NCBI GenBank assembly: GCA_027859085.1
Contig: JAQIBJ010000013.1
Location: 1,372 to 65,371 of the forward strand
DNA from: Mycoplasmatota bacterium
GTDB taxonomy: Bacteria; Bacillota_I; Bacilli_A; Izemoplasmatales; Hujiaoplasmataceae
Direction: 5' to 3'
Length of the DNA: 64,000 nucleotides
Within the stretch, counting starts at the first letter, position 1. Every line of letters starts with the position of its first letter. This document shows positions 31,559-43,319 of the stretch, piece by piece. The translations under genes were made by a program, and so were the position numbers. Below the pieces are notes generated by a model that was not told the DNA's origin, did no database searches, and worked only from the letters and a program-made list of their open reading frames with translations.

Positions 31559-32001
31559 TATCGACTAAAGAATGAAGAAAGATTTCTTAATGAGTCAATT
31601 AATAATTGATCCTCATCAACATTCAATTCCTCAAAAACTGAATCAATCATTTGTTCATGAAACAAATCATGCATATGCAATACCTCTTTACTTAAATCTG
31701 TTAATTGGATAATGACCTTTCTTCTGTCATCTTCATCTTTATCTCTCTCAACAAACTTTTTTTGATAAAGTGTATTAATAGCAGTGGTTAATGACCCGAC
31801 TGTGATATGTAATTTTTTTGCAATATTAGACATACTAGGTTCTTCAACTTTTTGAATAGCTTCTAGAACATGGATTTCATTCATTGATAACTTTACATTT
31901 TGTTTTTTCATAAACTCAGCTTCAATGATTAAAATGCGGTTAAAAATATCAACCAAAAGTTCATTCACTATTTTTTTTGCTTCAGAATTCTTACTTTTCA
32001 A
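31558..32001 (-). CDS. fabT: MarR-family regulator, FabT-like
   Basis: NELLVDIFNRILIIE, LSMNEIHVLEAI, GSLTTAINTL, DRR; likely TTG start at 32001 with a GGAG RBS inside the degV 3' end. Confidence 0.8.
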   Translation of the reverse strand: MKSKNSEAKKIVNELLVDIFNRILIIEAEFMKKQNVKLSMNEIHVLEAIQKVEEPSMSNIAKKLHITVGSLTTAINTLYQKKFVERDKDEDDRRKVIIQLTDLSKEVLHMHDLFHEQMIDSVFEELNVDEDQLLIDSLRNLSSFFSR

Positions 32002-32833
32002 TATAACCCACTCCCATGGTTCCAGGTCCAGCGTGTGTTCCAACCACTGGTGTTAAAGGCACTAACATAATATCTTCGATGCCTTGTGATTCTAATTCTT
32101 TTTTAAAGACTTCCATTTCATCCTTATTGTTTGTATAAATAACAAAAGTTATTATATCTTTATCTTTTGTTTCTTCAACAAATCTTTCGATTAATAAACT
32201 TCTTGCCTTTTTAGTGGTTCTAATTTTAGAAAATGTTTCTACTTTTCCATCTTTACTAATTTCTAGCAAAGGTTTTAGTTTTAATAATGACCCAATTGCT
32301 CCAGCAACATTAGATAAACGACCATTTTTTACTAAGTATTTAAGTGTATCCACTGTAATATATATGTGATTATGATCTCTAATATAATCCATTGTTTTAA
32401 CAATCTCTTCTAATGATTGACCTTCGGACGCCATTTTTTGTGCAGTCATCGCCATATATGCTTGTATATATGATACTGATTTCGAATCATAAACTGTCAC
32501 ATCTATGTCAATCATTGAAGCTGCTAAAACAGCATTTTGGTAAGTACCACTCAATTCTTTAGAAACTGTAAAAACTAATAATTCCTCATATCCACTTTTT
32601 CTCATTTCTTCGTACATTTCTAAAATTATTCCTGTACTGGTCTGAGCGGTTGATATGTTTAAATCGGGATTCCCATTTAATCTATTGTAAAACTCATCAC
32701 TACTTATATCAACATAATCCTCGAATTCTTCTCTTTCAATAATTAAGTGTGATCTAAATATTCTTATTTCTTTGTCTCTTTCTAAATAATCAATTCCTGA
32801 ATTTCCATCTACTGCAATTCCAATTTTCTTCAT
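31991..32833 (-). CDS. DegV family fatty-acid-binding protein (FakB-like)
   Basis: STAQ, SKELSGTYQ, YDSKS, LKYLVKNGR, HAGPG. Confidence 0.93.
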   Translation of the reverse strand: MKKIGIAVDGNSGIDYLERDKEIRIFRSHLIIEREEFEDYVDISSDEFYNRLNGNPDLNISTAQTSTGIILEMYEEMRKSGYEELLVFTVSKELSGTYQNAVLAASMIDIDVTVYDSKSVSYIQAYMAMTAQKMASEGQSLEEIVKTMDYIRDHNHIYITVDTLKYLVKNGRLSNVAGAIGSLLKLKPLLEISKDGKVETFSKIRTTKKARSLLIERFVEETKDKDIITFVIYTNNKDEMEVFKKELESQGIEDIMLVPLTPVVGTHAGPGTMGVGYIEK

Positions 32834-32846
32834 CTCATAGCCTTCC

Positions 32847-32876
32847 TTTGATTTTCAAATATTTTGAAGTTCAAAA
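32847..32876. promoter_or_regulatory. Tandem FabT-type operators TTTGA-N3-TCAAA
   Basis: TTTGATTTTCAAA (32847-32859) and TTTGAAGTTCAAA (32863-32875), just downstream of a minus-strand TTGATT-17-TAAAAT promoter (32908-32880). Confidence 0.75.
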
Positions 32877-32921
32877 CATATTTTATCATAGGAAGTTTTA
32901 TTAATCAAGAAGAAAATATTT

Positions 32922-32956
32922 AAAAAAGTTTAAAGCCTAAAATAAGCCTTAAACTT
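32922..32956 (-). terminator. Terminator after the Nif3-like gene
   Basis: AAGTTTAAGGCTTA...TAGGCTTTAAACTT followed by a T-run. Confidence 0.65.
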
Positions 32957-32963
32957 GATTAAT

Positions 32964-33728
32964 CTAATATGAAATAAATGGATTTGAATTCACTTTTGAT
33001 TCAATAAAATCAACTTCTGGAAATTGATTTTTAAGTTCTTTTACTACAGATGGTACAAATATTTTCTCAGCGTGATGTCCTATATCAATGATGGTAAGAC
33101 CTAAAGCAATCGCGTCAAGCGCTGTATGATAAGTAACGTCTCCAGTTAAATATACATCGCATCCTGCTTTTTTAGCTTCATACATATGTTTAGATCCAGA
33201 CCCACCAGACACACCGATTGTTTTAATAGTCTTGTCTGTTCTGCCGATTACTTTGACAGTATCTAACTTTAATGATTCTTTAATATTTTTAATAAAAACA
33301 TCAAAATCAACTTCATCTATTGAACCAAATCTACCAATCTCATCTTGTAAATCTAACATTTGAGGTGAATTGATTTTTAAGGCTTTAGCCAATACATCAT
33401 TCATTCCACCCTCAGCTAAATCATAATTTGTATGTGCTGAATAAACAGTAATATTATGCTTTATTAAATTTTTAATAATCCACCCCTTAGGTGAATCAAA
33501 TGAAATTCTATTCATTGGCGCAAACATTAATGGATGATGAGTTAATATCATGTTCGTTTTTAATTCTATAGCTTCTTTAACAACATCTTTTGTTAAATCT
33601 AAACTCACCAATACTTTTTTTACTTTTACATTTAATGTACCAACTTGAAGGCCGACATTATCCCATTCATAAGCCAAATCCTTTGGGTATTTTGATTCAA
33701 AATATTGAATAATTTTTACAATATTCAT
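32964..33728 (-). CDS. Nif3-like dinuclear metal protein (YqfO family)
   Basis: WDNVGL, THHPL, HTNYD, TGD..YH, GHHAE. Confidence 0.93.
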   Translation of the reverse strand: MNIVKIIQYFESKYPKDLAYEWDNVGLQVGTLNVKVKKVLVSLDLTKDVVKEAIELKTNMILTHHPLMFAPMNRISFDSPKGWIIKNLIKHNITVYSAHTNYDLAEGGMNDVLAKALKINSPQMLDLQDEIGRFGSIDEVDFDVFIKNIKESLKLDTVKVIGRTDKTIKTIGVSGGSGSKHMYEAKKAGCDVYLTGDVTYHTALDAIALGLTIIDIGHHAEKIFVPSVVKELKNQFPEVDFIESKVNSNPFISY

Positions 33729-34381
33729 TTAATCGCCTCCTTCAAAAACAGAATACGTTGATTAAGTTTTTCTAGTGTTTTGTTGTTATTGGTTTGTTTA
33801 ATGGCAACTGATAATTGATCAATCATTAATTGAATTCTCTCTTTAAATATATCGGATTTTTGTTCTAAAATAACTGGCCCAAATTCTCTTTCTAACTCAG
33901 ATAAAGTCATTTTGCCTTGTTCACAAACAATTATTTGATAATATTTATCGTTTTCTTTAAGAAAGACTTCATCAACAATCTCCCATTTATGGTCTTCTAA
34001 ATACTTGCGAACTTCTTTACTTTGTGAATTTGGTTGTAATACCATTCTTTTTACATTGTATAAATAAGCTTTTGAGAGTATCTCAACAATCAAACTTCCG
34101 CCCATGCCTAAAACAGTCACAACATCAACATCGTTTTCTAAGTTTAAATAACTTAATCCATCTGCTAAAGCCGTCTTAATTTCACCATAAAGTCGATGGT
34201 CATTAATATTCTTTTTCGCTGATAAAAGCGGATGATGTTTATTGTCTGAAGCTATGGCTTTTTTGATAAAACCTTTTTCTATTGCGTAAATTGGTAACAG
34301 AGCATGATCTGTTCCACAATCAGCTAGATAATGATAACCCTTAAGAAATTGACTCGCGACTCTTAAGCGATCAGAAATCAT
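33725..34381 (-). CDS. trmK: tRNA m1A22 methyltransferase
   Basis: [22 protein letters not shown]; downstream of sigA. Confidence 0.92.
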   Translation of the reverse strand: MISDRLRVASQFLKGYHYLADCGTDHALLPIYAIEKGFIKKAIASDNKHHPLLSAKKNINDHRLYGEIKTALADGLSYLNLENDVDVVTVLGMGGSLIVEILSKAYLYNVKRMVLQPNSQSKEVRKYLEDHKWEIVDEVFLKENDKYYQIIVCEQGKMTLSELEREFGPVILEQKSDIFKERIQLMIDQLSVAIKQTNNNKTLEKLNQRILFLKEAIK

Positions 34382-35631
34382 CTGTAATGTCCCTCTTTAA
34401 AATCCTTTAATTTCTTAGAACGATTTGGAGTTCTAAGTTTTTTTATGGCTTTCGATTCAATCTGACGGATACGCTCCCTCGTTACATTGAATTCTTTACC
34501 AACTTCTTCTAATGTTCTTGGTTTTCCATCAAGTAAGCCAAATCTCATTCTAAGGACTTTTTCTTCTCTGTCAGTTAAAGTTGCTAAAGCAGAATTTAAC
34601 TCACGTTTTAACATTTCTTTTGTTGTAAATTCATAAGGATTTAATATATCATTATCTGGAATAAAATCTCCTAAACTTGAATCTTCTTCTTCACCCACAG
34701 GTGATTCTAAAGAAATTGGCTCTTGAGCTGTTTTTTGAATGGCTTGCACACGATCTGCAGTGATACCCATTTCAACCGCAACTTCTTCAGGTGTTGGTTC
34801 TCTTTTTAATTTTTGTGTTAATGTTCTTTGTGTTCTTACCATTTTATTAATGGTTTCAACCATATGAACAGGTATACGAATGGTTCTTGCTTGGTCAGCA
34901 ATAGCTCTTGTAATGGCCTGACGAATCCACCAAGTCGCATATGTAGAAAATTTAAAGCCTTTGGTATAGTCAAATTTACCAACCGCTTTAATTAGTCCCA
35001 TATTCCCTTCTTGAATTAAATCCAAGAATTGAAGACCTCTAGACACATATCTTTTAGCAATATTAACAACCAATCTTAGGTTGGCTTCAACTAATTTTTT
35101 TCTAGCAAAATCGCCTTTTCTAAAGACTTCATCAAATTCAAACATTTCCTCTTTACTAATCGGAACGCCTTCTTTACGTCTATATTCATATATTTCTCTT
35201 ACTTTTTTATCACGATCAACTAAAGTTGCTAACTCATATTCTTCTTCACTAGTTAGGAGGTCAACACGTCCAATTTCTTTTAAATACATACGAACTGGAT
35301 CGTCTACTTTTATTGATACAGAAGAATCAAAAACTTTTTCCTTCATCAAACGATCATTGGTTTCTTTTGAAAAATCTCGGATTTCTTTAATTTCTGTTTC
35401 AGAAACTAAATCATCAGATAAATCATTAAGACTCACTTGATCATCAGTAGTTTCATTTTTCATATAATCGAAAAACTCATCTGGTAGCATACCTCTGTGC
35501 GCAAGCGTCGCTACAATATCTTCAAAGTCATCACTCTCTTTATCAATATATTTAAAAATCTCTTTGACAGTAAGACCCTTGTTCTCTTTGAAAATTTTAA
35601 GTAACTCGCTAAATATTTGTTTTTTTGTCAT
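34378..35631 (-). CDS. rpoD: Primary sigma factor
   Basis: [43 protein letters not shown]; start at ATG 35631. Confidence 0.97.
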   Translation of the reverse strand: MTKKQIFSELLKIFKENKGLTVKEIFKYIDKESDDFEDIVATLAHRGMLPDEFFDYMKNETTDDQVSLNDLSDDLVSETEIKEIRDFSKETNDRLMKEKVFDSSVSIKVDDPVRMYLKEIGRVDLLTSEEEYELATLVDRDKKVREIYEYRRKEGVPISKEEMFEFDEVFRKGDFARKKLVEANLRLVVNIAKRYVSRGLQFLDLIQEGNMGLIKAVGKFDYTKGFKFSTYATWWIRQAITRAIADQARTIRIPVHMVETINKMVRTQRTLTQKLKREPTPEEVAVEMGITADRVQAIQKTAQEPISLESPVGEEEDSSLGDFIPDNDILNPYEFTTKEMLKRELNSALATLTDREEKVLRMRFGLLDGKPRTLEEVGKEFNVTRERIRQIESKAIKKLRTPNRSKKLKDFKEGHYR

Positions 35632-37414
35632 TCCTTCTCCTCCTAATAATTTCACAAGACTTTCTTTTTTCATCCAATAAAGTCTTGTATTTTGGAAATT
35701 CATCCATTTGATTAAACTTACCTAACTTCATGATTTCGTCTCTTATAGCATTAATTTCCACAAGTAAAGATTCATAAATCAAGGTGTCTATTAATTCTTT
35801 TAATTCAGACTCACTGTAATTATAATTTTCTTTTAATAATAATTTAGTGAGCGTTTCAAAACTCTCTTCACTTAAATCTGTTTTTAAATTATATAAAGCA
35901 ACTTCACGATTTGATAAAAATATTTCTCTCATGGTAATCAATATTTCAAATCGAAATCCCTTTAAAAATTTAAAATTATTAAAATCTTCTTCAATTATTT
36001 CGCGATATTCATCACTATGTAAATAATAATTAATAAGTTTTTGTTCTGCAGTAATTCTTGCTTTTGATGTTTTTGGTACAGGCATTTTTTGTTTTGTTTG
36101 TTCGATCTGTTGATATTTTCTTTGATTGAGTAAATATCGTTGATAATCCTGTTGTATCACATCAGTTGATAAACCAATTTTTTCTGCAAATTTTTGTAAG
36201 TAAATCATCGTAATTGTTTTTGAAGCTGTTTGAACTAAGAATTTAAACAAACTATTTTTAGCAGTTTCTATTTCAGTACTCGTCTTTAACCCTTTGTTGA
36301 TAATCATTTCATAAACAAAATCAAATTTATCAATTAATTGTTGATTCAATTGATTTCTAAATTTCGCTTGAGAGTACTTTTTGATGTATTCATCAGGATC
36401 TAAACCTTCAGGCATTAAAGCAATTTGCACATTCAAATGAGCGTTTTCTAAAATTTTTAACGCTCGGTAAGTTGCCTGTTTTCCGGCATCATCACCATCA
36501 TAACAAATCACAACATTATCAGTATATTTTTTTATTTTCCTTGCTTGTTCAGTGGTTAACTCAGTGCCCATTGTACAAACAGATTCTTCTATTCCAGCAA
36601 TTGATGCTTGAATAACATCAAAAAACCCTTCCATCAATACAACTCTTTTTTTCTGATTTACAAAAGGTAATGCTTTGTCTAAGTTATATAAAACCTCGCC
36701 TTTATTAAATATCTTCGTTGCTTGTGTATTGACATATTTGGGTGTGTTCTTATCATTGGTTAAGGTTCTACCACTAAAGCCAATAACTTTTCCTTGTTCA
36801 TTATGAATAGGAAACATAACGCGATCTCTAAAGACATCATAATAATTTCCGGAATCATTCCGATTGACCAGTCCTGCTTCAACAAGTTCGAATTCTTGAA
36901 AATTTTCCAATAAATTTTTCATTAATAAATTATTTCTTGCTGGTGCATAACCAATATTATATTCATTCAAAACGTGTTTTGTTAAATGTCTATCTTCTAA
37001 ATAATCAAGTGCTTGTTTTCCACTATCTAAGTTCAATAAATGTAAATTAAAAAAGTTTTTAGCAAGTTTATTCACTTCATACAATTTATTATAATTATAT
37101 TTTTGGACTTCATTTTGATCTTCTTCTAAATCAACATTATACTTATCGGCTAAAAACCGAACTGCTTCAACAAAATCTAGATGTTTATATTCTTGAATAA
37201 AGGTTATTGCATTTCCACCTTTATGACAACCAAAACAATTAAAAATTTGTTTTTCTTTACTGACATGAAATGATGGCGTTTTCTCACTATGAAATGGGCA
37301 TAAACCCTTCATGCTTTTCCCTGATGGTTGTAGTGAAACGTATTCACTAATAACATCAACAATATCAGCAGCTTGATTTACTTGATCAATCTTATCTTTA
37401 CTGATGTTAGCCAT
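35609..37414 (-). CDS. dnaG: DNA primase
   Basis: [11 protein letters not shown] zinc finger, [27 protein letters not shown]. Confidence 0.97.
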   Translation of the reverse strand: MANISKDKIDQVNQAADIVDVISEYVSLQPSGKSMKGLCPFHSEKTPSFHVSKEKQIFNCFGCHKGGNAITFIQEYKHLDFVEAVRFLADKYNVDLEEDQNEVQKYNYNKLYEVNKLAKNFFNLHLLNLDSGKQALDYLEDRHLTKHVLNEYNIGYAPARNNLLMKNLLENFQEFELVEAGLVNRNDSGNYYDVFRDRVMFPIHNEQGKVIGFSGRTLTNDKNTPKYVNTQATKIFNKGEVLYNLDKALPFVNQKKRVVLMEGFFDVIQASIAGIEESVCTMGTELTTEQARKIKKYTDNVVICYDGDDAGKQATYRALKILENAHLNVQIALMPEGLDPDEYIKKYSQAKFRNQLNQQLIDKFDFVYEMIINKGLKTSTEIETAKNSLFKFLVQTASKTITMIYLQKFAEKIGLSTDVIQQDYQRYLLNQRKYQQIEQTKQKMPVPKTSKARITAEQKLINYYLHSDEYREIIEEDFNNFKFLKGFRFEILITMREIFLSNREVALYNLKTDLSEESFETLTKLLLKENYNYSESELKELIDTLIYESLLVEINAIRDEIMKLGKFNQMDEFPKYKTLLDEKRKSCEIIRRRRNDKKTNI

Positions 37415-37429
37415 CACACAACCTACTTT

Positions 37430-38806
37430 CTAAAATAATTTATTAAAGTACTCTGTTAAATCATTCATATGAACACGCACTTGTTCCATGGTGTCACGGT
37501 CTCTAACAGTCACCGTTTGATCTTCTTCAGTTTGATTGTCAATGGTTACACAGAATGGTGTGCCAATGGCATCAGCCCTTCTATATCTTCTTCCTATATT
37601 ACCTGATTCATCATAAAATGCAGTGAAATTTTCTAATAAAATATCATATACTTTTTCAGCCTCTTCACTATGATATTTTTTAACAAGTGGTAATACGGTG
37701 ACTTGATATGGTGCTAAATTTCTTGGTAATCTCAATAGCGTTCTCGAAGAACCACCTTCTAATGTTTCTTCTTCTAACGCATCCATTAAAATTGCTAAAA
37801 ATAATCTTTCTACACCTAAACTTGGTTCAATAACGTACGGTAAATAATTTTCGTTTGTTTGAGGATCTAAGTATTCAAGATTTTCACCAGAATGCTCTTG
37901 ATGTCTTCTTAAATCATAATCTGTTCTTGACGCAATACCCCATAATTCATCAAATCCCCAAGGAAATTTAAACAATATATCAGTAGTCGCATTAGAATAA
38001 AAAGATAACTTTTCTTTTGGGTGATCATAAAACTGAACATGATCAGTTTTCAAACCACACTCAATCAAAAATTCCTTAGAAAAATCTTTCCAAAACTTAA
38101 ACCAGTCCAATTCAGACCCTGGTTTACAGAAAAATTCTAATTCCATTTGTTCAAATTCTCTTGTTCTGAAGATAAAATTACCTGGGGTTATTTCATTTCT
38201 AAAAGATTTTCCAATTTGTCCAATACCAAAAGGCACTTTTTTTCTTGATGTTCTTTGAATATTCTTAAAATTCAAGAAAATCCCTTGAGCCGTTTCAGGT
38301 CTTAGGTATATATCATTATTACTTTCTGAAGTGACACCTTGTTGAGTTTTAAACATTAAGTTAAATTCTCTAATCTCAGTATAATTCAGGTTTCCACAAT
38401 GTGGACAGTTAATTTTATGTTCAACGATGTAATCATACATATCTTGATAACTCCATCCATCTGCATCTACTTTCCCTTTTGAAGAAGATGAAATCAAATT
38501 ATCCGCTCTATATCTTGTCTTACATTCTTTACAATCCATTAATGGATCTTTAAAACCATCTAAATGGCCTGTGGCTTCCCAAGTCTTAGGATTCAATAAA
38601 ATCGATGAATCAACACCGACGTTTAATTTATTCTGGCTTACAAATTTCTTCCACCAAAATTGTTTGATATTATTTTTTAAATGAACACCTAAAGGGCCGT
38701 AATCCCAAGTGTTCGCCAAACCACCATAGATTTCTGAGCCTTGATAAACAAAACCATATCTTTTTGCATAAGCATTCATTTGTTCTAAAGTATATTCCAA
38801 CGTCAT
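37430..38806 (-). CDS. glyQS: Glycine--tRNA ligase (alpha2 type)
   Basis: [41 protein letters not shown]. Confidence 0.96.
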   Translation of the reverse strand: MTLEYTLEQMNAYAKRYGFVYQGSEIYGGLANTWDYGPLGVHLKNNIKQFWWKKFVSQNKLNVGVDSSILLNPKTWEATGHLDGFKDPLMDCKECKTRYRADNLISSSSKGKVDADGWSYQDMYDYIVEHKINCPHCGNLNYTEIREFNLMFKTQQGVTSESNNDIYLRPETAQGIFLNFKNIQRTSRKKVPFGIGQIGKSFRNEITPGNFIFRTREFEQMELEFFCKPGSELDWFKFWKDFSKEFLIECGLKTDHVQFYDHPKEKLSFYSNATTDILFKFPWGFDELWGIASRTDYDLRRHQEHSGENLEYLDPQTNENYLPYVIEPSLGVERLFLAILMDALEEETLEGGSSRTLLRLPRNLAPYQVTVLPLVKKYHSEEAEKVYDILLENFTAFYDESGNIGRRYRRADAIGTPFCVTIDNQTEEDQTVTVRDRDTMEQVRVHMNDLTEYFNKLF

Positions 38807-38918
38807 TTCCTCCATTTTTTCGCATAAATTCTCAGTTTAATTATAAATTAAATATAGGTAATTGTCAAATAAGCAATCGTATTTTTTCGAGATAATCCAA
38901 TGGCTTATTCTTGCACTT

Positions 38919-39392
38919 TTACATCAAATTTAATGATGTAAGCATCCATTCAATATCTGATATTGATAATGCTTCTAATTCAATGAAAAAATCCTCATAT
39001 GATTTTTCATTTAAATCATATGAATTCATTTCATCATATACATCAAAATTTACATACATTTCATCTAACAAATCAAAGTATTCAACTTTGATTTGTTCGA
39101 CAATTAAACTTGTGTCATCAATAACATCAAATTCAATAATTAATTGAACGTATTTCTGTTTATAATACATGACCAATTCAATATATTCATTCTTCTCACC
39201 CAATAAATAATAGGCATCACCATGATAATCATATGATTTTAGGTCTTGATAAAAATTTTGATCAATCTCTTTCAAGCCTATTGTTTCGATCATCTCTATA
39301 ATTTGTTCACTTGTATCTCTAGATGATACTGAACAACTAAAAAAAGAAATTGATATAATTACCGATATTAAAAATAATAATATTTTCTTCAC
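38919..39392 (-). CDS. Hypothetical lipoprotein (paralog of 39401-39868)
   Basis: Signal peptide ending FFSC; acidic; C-terminal half aligns with the neighbouring gene. Confidence 0.7.
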   Translation of the reverse strand: MKKILLFLISVIISISFFSCSVSSRDTSEQIIEMIETIGLKEIDQNFYQDLKSYDYHGDAYYLLGEKNEYIELVMYYKQKYVQLIIEFDVIDDTSLIVEQIKVEYFDLLDEMYVNFDVYDEMNSYDLNEKSYEDFFIELEALSISDIEWMLTSLNLM

Positions 39393-39400
39393 AAAATCAC

Positions 39401-39868
39401 CTACTCTATTTCATATCCTAGTTTCTCTAAAACCCACTGAATATCATCTATTCTTATTTTACTAAAATCAAAAACTAATTCATCATAAGATTCAACATCT
39501 AAAATTAAACCATCTTCCTCTTCAGATTTAACTGTAAAATAAGCTTCGTTTTCAAAATCATAATAAATGATTTGGATTAACTTAATGGTGACTTCCTCAT
39601 TAGAAAAATCTTCCCATTTGATAATAAGTTCAGAGTAAACATCATTTTTCAATAAAATCAATTTAAAGTCTTCATCACTCGCGGTGGTATAACTAGAGAA
39701 TCCACTATAAAAAAAATTGTCTTCAATAGAAACATCCTCTAAAACGATAGTTGAATGCATTTCATAGATATCATAAACTGTTTCGCGAGCTGCTTCAGAT
39801 TTCGATTGACAACCACTGAGAAATATTAACAATAATATAAGTAATACTAAATTAACTTTTTTCATCAT
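39401..39868 (-). CDS. Hypothetical lipoprotein
   Basis: Lipobox LSGC; GAGG RBS. Confidence 0.75.
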   Translation of the reverse strand: MMKKVNLVLLILLLIFLSGCQSKSEAARETVYDIYEMHSTIVLEDVSIEDNFFYSGFSSYTTASDEDFKLILLKNDVYSELIIKWEDFSNEEVTIKLIQIIYYDFENEAYFTVKSEEEDGLILDVESYDELVFDFSKIRIDDIQWVLEKLGYEIE

Positions 39869-39879
39869 ATCTAACCTCT

Positions 39880-40596
39880 TTAATAACCAATTAAATCTCT
39901 AAGTGATTTTCTAGAACGACTGCGATAATTTAGATGATATTCATAATATTCATCAATTAATCTTCTTAATTCAACAACGTCTTGTTGATCATAGTCTAAT
40001 TCTATTGGATCACTTAAATCATAATAATATAAAGACAATAATAAATGCATTGTTGCAGAATTATAGCGGCTTTTTGTTCTGTGTTCAGAACAAATCATTC
40101 CACCATCTTCTACTGAGAAATTCAAGCCTTCTTTTGAATCGCAAAAAACACAATGTTTTAATAATGGTTGTACTCCCAACAAATACAAAAGCTTTAATTC
40201 AGCCATCATAATGTAGATATCAAAAATTGGATTTTCAATAATTTTATCAATAATCTTTAAAATAAATTGAAATAATTTTTCGTGGTCATGTTCATGTTGA
40301 GAAAAATAATAAATTACTTCCATTAGATGTAGTGAATACGTATATTTAACAATATCAAGTGAAATATCTGAATGGTAATTCAAGACTTCTCCATCTCTTA
40401 GTGTCTTTAGTTCAGAGCCAGAAACGTATAGTTTTACATGAGAAAAAATCCTAACCAAATTTAAGTAAGGACTCTTTAATTTATTTGAACCATGAACCAA
40501 AACTGAAACCAAACCATGCGAAGTGTATACATAGATGATTTTCGAACTTTCTTTATAGTTCATTTGTTTTAAAACAATACCTTCTATTAATTCCAA
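39880..40596 (-). CDS. recO: DNA repair protein RecO
   Basis: GIVLK..NYKESSKII, CVFC...GGMIC zinc motif; follows era. Confidence 0.9.
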   Translation of the reverse strand: MELIEGIVLKQMNYKESSKIIYVYTSHGLVSVLVHGSNKLKSPYLNLVRIFSHVKLYVSGSELKTLRDGEVLNYHSDISLDIVKYTYSLHLMEVIYYFSQHEHDHEKLFQFILKIIDKIIENPIFDIYIMMAELKLLYLLGVQPLLKHCVFCDSKEGLNFSVEDGGMICSEHRTKSRYNSATMHLLLSLYYYDLSDPIELDYDQQDVVELRRLIDEYYEYHLNYRSRSRKSLRDLIGY

Positions 40597-40604
40597 AATA
40601 TCAC

Positions 40605-41495
40605 CTATTCAGATTCTTTAAAACCAAAATTCTTTAAATAATATTCTTTATTACGCCAGTCTTCTTCAACTTTACAAAATAATTCTAGATACACTTTACG
40701 TTTTAATAAATCTTGAATATCTTTCCTGGCTGATGTACCAATTCTTTTTAACATCGATCCATTTTTACCTATGATTATGCCTTTTTGTGATTTTCTTTCA
40801 ACCACAACTACAGCGCGTATCTCAGTTATTTTTTCTTTTTGTTTGTATTCCTCAAGATATACCATCACTGAGTGAGGCACTTCTTGATGTGTATAATCTA
40901 AAACTTTTTCTCTAATAAATTCCTGGATTATAAATGTTTCAGGGCGATCTGATATTTCACCATCCGGATAAAACTTTGGTCCCGGTTCTAAATGATTTTT
41001 AATATCTATTAATAATAAATCAACATTGTCACCTCTTAAAGCCGAAATACCAAATACTCCTTCAAACTTAAATGCTTTTTTATACTCTTCAATTGATTCT
41101 TCTAATCGTTCAAAATCTGTGATGGTATCTAATTTATTGATAATTAAAAACATAGGTGTCTTCACACTTTTAAATTGTTTTAATATTTCAATATTATAGG
41201 ATTTAACATCATCATAAGCGTTAATTAGAAACAATACCAAATCCACAGTTTTAACGGTTGATAATGCCGCTGATGAGATATATTTACCAAGTTTTGTTTT
41301 ACCTGTATGAATGCCAGGTGTATCTAAAAAAATAATTTGTGAATCATCATCATTATAAATACCCGAAAAAACATTTCGGGTCGTTTGAGGTTTACTAGAT
41401 GTAATTGCAAGTTTTTGTTTTAAAACTTTATTTAAGAACGTTGATTTACCTACATTGGGTTCACCAATAATCGTTACAAAACCAGACTTAAACAT
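40605..41495 (-). CDS. era: GTPase Era
   Basis: GEPNVGKST, KPQTTR, DTPG, NKLD, KH domain IIIGKNG. Confidence 0.97.
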   Translation of the reverse strand: MFKSGFVTIIGEPNVGKSTFLNKVLKQKLAITSSKPQTTRNVFSGIYNDDDSQIIFLDTPGIHTGKTKLGKYISSAALSTVKTVDLVLFLINAYDDVKSYNIEILKQFKSVKTPMFLIINKLDTITDFERLEESIEEYKKAFKFEGVFGISALRGDNVDLLLIDIKNHLEPGPKFYPDGEISDRPETFIIQEFIREKVLDYTHQEVPHSVMVYLEEYKQKEKITEIRAVVVVERKSQKGIIIGKNGSMLKRIGTSARKDIQDLLKRKVYLELFCKVEEDWRNKEYYLKNFGFKESE

Positions 41496-41890
41496 TAAAG
41501 ATCCTCTTTAGAGAAACCAAGTGGCAATAATTCTCTATTTTTTACAGTTTTCATCTCACCTTTGCTATTGGCCATGATGACATCTGCATCACTTTCCATT
41601 AATTCACTTAATACTTGGCGACACGCGCCACAAGGTGAAACAAAATAATCTTTATCGGTGTAAACCATGATTGATTCAATTTCTTCTTTTCTTATGCCTT
41701 TTGCATAAGCACTAAAGATTGCTGTTCTCTCTGCACAATTTGATAATCCATAAGCAGCATTTTCAACATTTATTCCAGTCAATGTTTCTCCATTTTTTAA
41801 TTTTAATACAGCAGCTACCCTAAAATTAGAGTAAGGTACATAAGCATTTTTAATAACCTCTTGTGCTTGTTTAAACATTTCTTTTTTCAT
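41495..41890 (-). CDS. cdd: Cytidine deaminase
   Basis: AYVPYSNF, NVENAAY, CAERTA, SPCGACRQ. Confidence 0.96.
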   Translation of the reverse strand: MKKEMFKQAQEVIKNAYVPYSNFRVAAVLKLKNGETLTGINVENAAYGLSNCAERTAIFSAYAKGIRKEEIESIMVYTDKDYFVSPCGACRQVLSELMESDADVIMANSKGEMKTVKNRELLPLGFSKEDL

Positions 41891-42324
41891 TATAAAGTCC
41901 TCCTATATTTCGTTTTTTCCATAATTTTATTTTGTAAATCAAACATTTCTTTTTCTTCAAGTTCATTTAAGTGATCATAGCCTATACAATGTAAAAAACC
42001 ATGTAAGGTTAGAAACGTTAATTCTCTATCAAAAGAATGTCCATAGTCTTTCGATTGTGACTCTACTTTATCCATCGAAATAAAGACATCGCCTATTTCA
42101 TCTTCCATATCTAGGTTTTCAAAGCTTAAAACATCAGTCGGTTTATCAAAACCTCTAAATTGATGGTTTAATTGATGAATTGACTGATTATCAGTCAATA
42201 TTATATTAATAATCATATCTTTGTCAATTTCCATATATTGATACGCAACTGATAAAATATCTTTTATAACAATGTCATAAGTTTGTTCATCGTTGTATTG
42301 ATTCACAATGTTGATATCAATCAT
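41890..42324 (-). CDS. ybeY: rRNA maturation endoribonuclease YbeY
   Basis: KPTDVLSF, HGFLHCIGYDH. Confidence 0.95.
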   Translation of the reverse strand: MIDINIVNQYNDEQTYDIVIKDILSVAYQYMEIDKDMIINIILTDNQSIHQLNHQFRGFDKPTDVLSFENLDMEDEIGDVFISMDKVESQSKDYGHSFDRELTFLTLHGFLHCIGYDHLNELEEKEMFDLQNKIMEKTKYRRTL

Positions 42325-43270
42325 TTTCAAACCTTTCAATAATATTTTGAACCAATGGATGTCTCACAACATCAGTACGGTCAAAATCTATGATTTTAAC
42401 TGAGTGGATATTATTTAGTATTTCTTTTGCTTTTATAAGACCAGAAGACTGATAACTAGGTAAATCAATTTGAGTAATATCACCAGTAACAATCATCTTA
42501 GAACCAAAACCTAACCTGGTTAAAAATAACTTCATTTGATTAATAGTTGTATTTTGAGCCTCATCTAATATAACAAATGCGCTATCTAACGTCCGTCCCC
42601 TCATAAATGCCAAAGGTGCAACTTCAATGATTTGTTTTTCTAATAAATCCATTCCTTCTCTTGGCCCCAGCACTTCATAGATAGCATCATATAACGGCCT
42701 TAAATAAGGATCCACTTTTTCTTTTAAATCGCCAGGTAGAAAACCGAGTTTTTCACCAGCTTCAACAGCAGGTCTAGTTAAAATAATTCTTCTAACCTTA
42801 TTTGCTTTCAGATATTTAATTGCCATTAAAACAGCCAAGTACGTTTTACCCGTACCCGCTGGTCCAATACCAAATGTTAATGTATTTGAGTCGATTGCTT
42901 CTATGTATATTTTTTGATTAAAAGTTTTAGGAAATATTGGTTTTCCAGAAAAAGTTTTAATAATCTCTTTTCTTGATAAAAACAAAGAAATCACTTCTTC
43001 TTCCGGTTCTTTATCCAATAAATGATAGATGTAGATTAAGTCTCTTTCATTAAAAGCAACATTATTATTCACAAGTTCAATCAAAATATTAATGATTTTT
43101 TTGACTAATTCTATTTTACCAGGATCATCACTTTCAATCACTAATTCAGAATGATTGGAATAAATTTTAACATTTAACAAATCTGCTAAAAGAGAAATGT
43201 TCTTGTCATTTACTCCTAAAAGATCAATCAAATTATCTAGTTTAATATTTACATCAAGTTTTTTAGTCAA
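42317..43270 (-). CDS. phoH: PhoH-like ATPase
   Basis: GPAGTGKT, RPAVEAGEKLGFLPG, MRGRT, DEAQN. Confidence 0.95.
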   Translation of the reverse strand: MTKKLDVNIKLDNLIDLLGVNDKNISLLADLLNVKIYSNHSELVIESDDPGKIELVKKIINILIELVNNNVAFNERDLIYIYHLLDKEPEEEVISLFLSRKEIIKTFSGKPIFPKTFNQKIYIEAIDSNTLTFGIGPAGTGKTYLAVLMAIKYLKANKVRRIILTRPAVEAGEKLGFLPGDLKEKVDPYLRPLYDAIYEVLGPREGMDLLEKQIIEVAPLAFMRGRTLDSAFVILDEAQNTTINQMKLFLTRLGFGSKMIVTGDITQIDLPSYQSSGLIKAKEILNNIHSVKIIDFDRTDVVRHPLVQNIIERFEND

Positions 43271-43319
43271 TACAACACACTCCTTGTATAATTATTATAA
43301 CATTATTTTAAGTATACAG

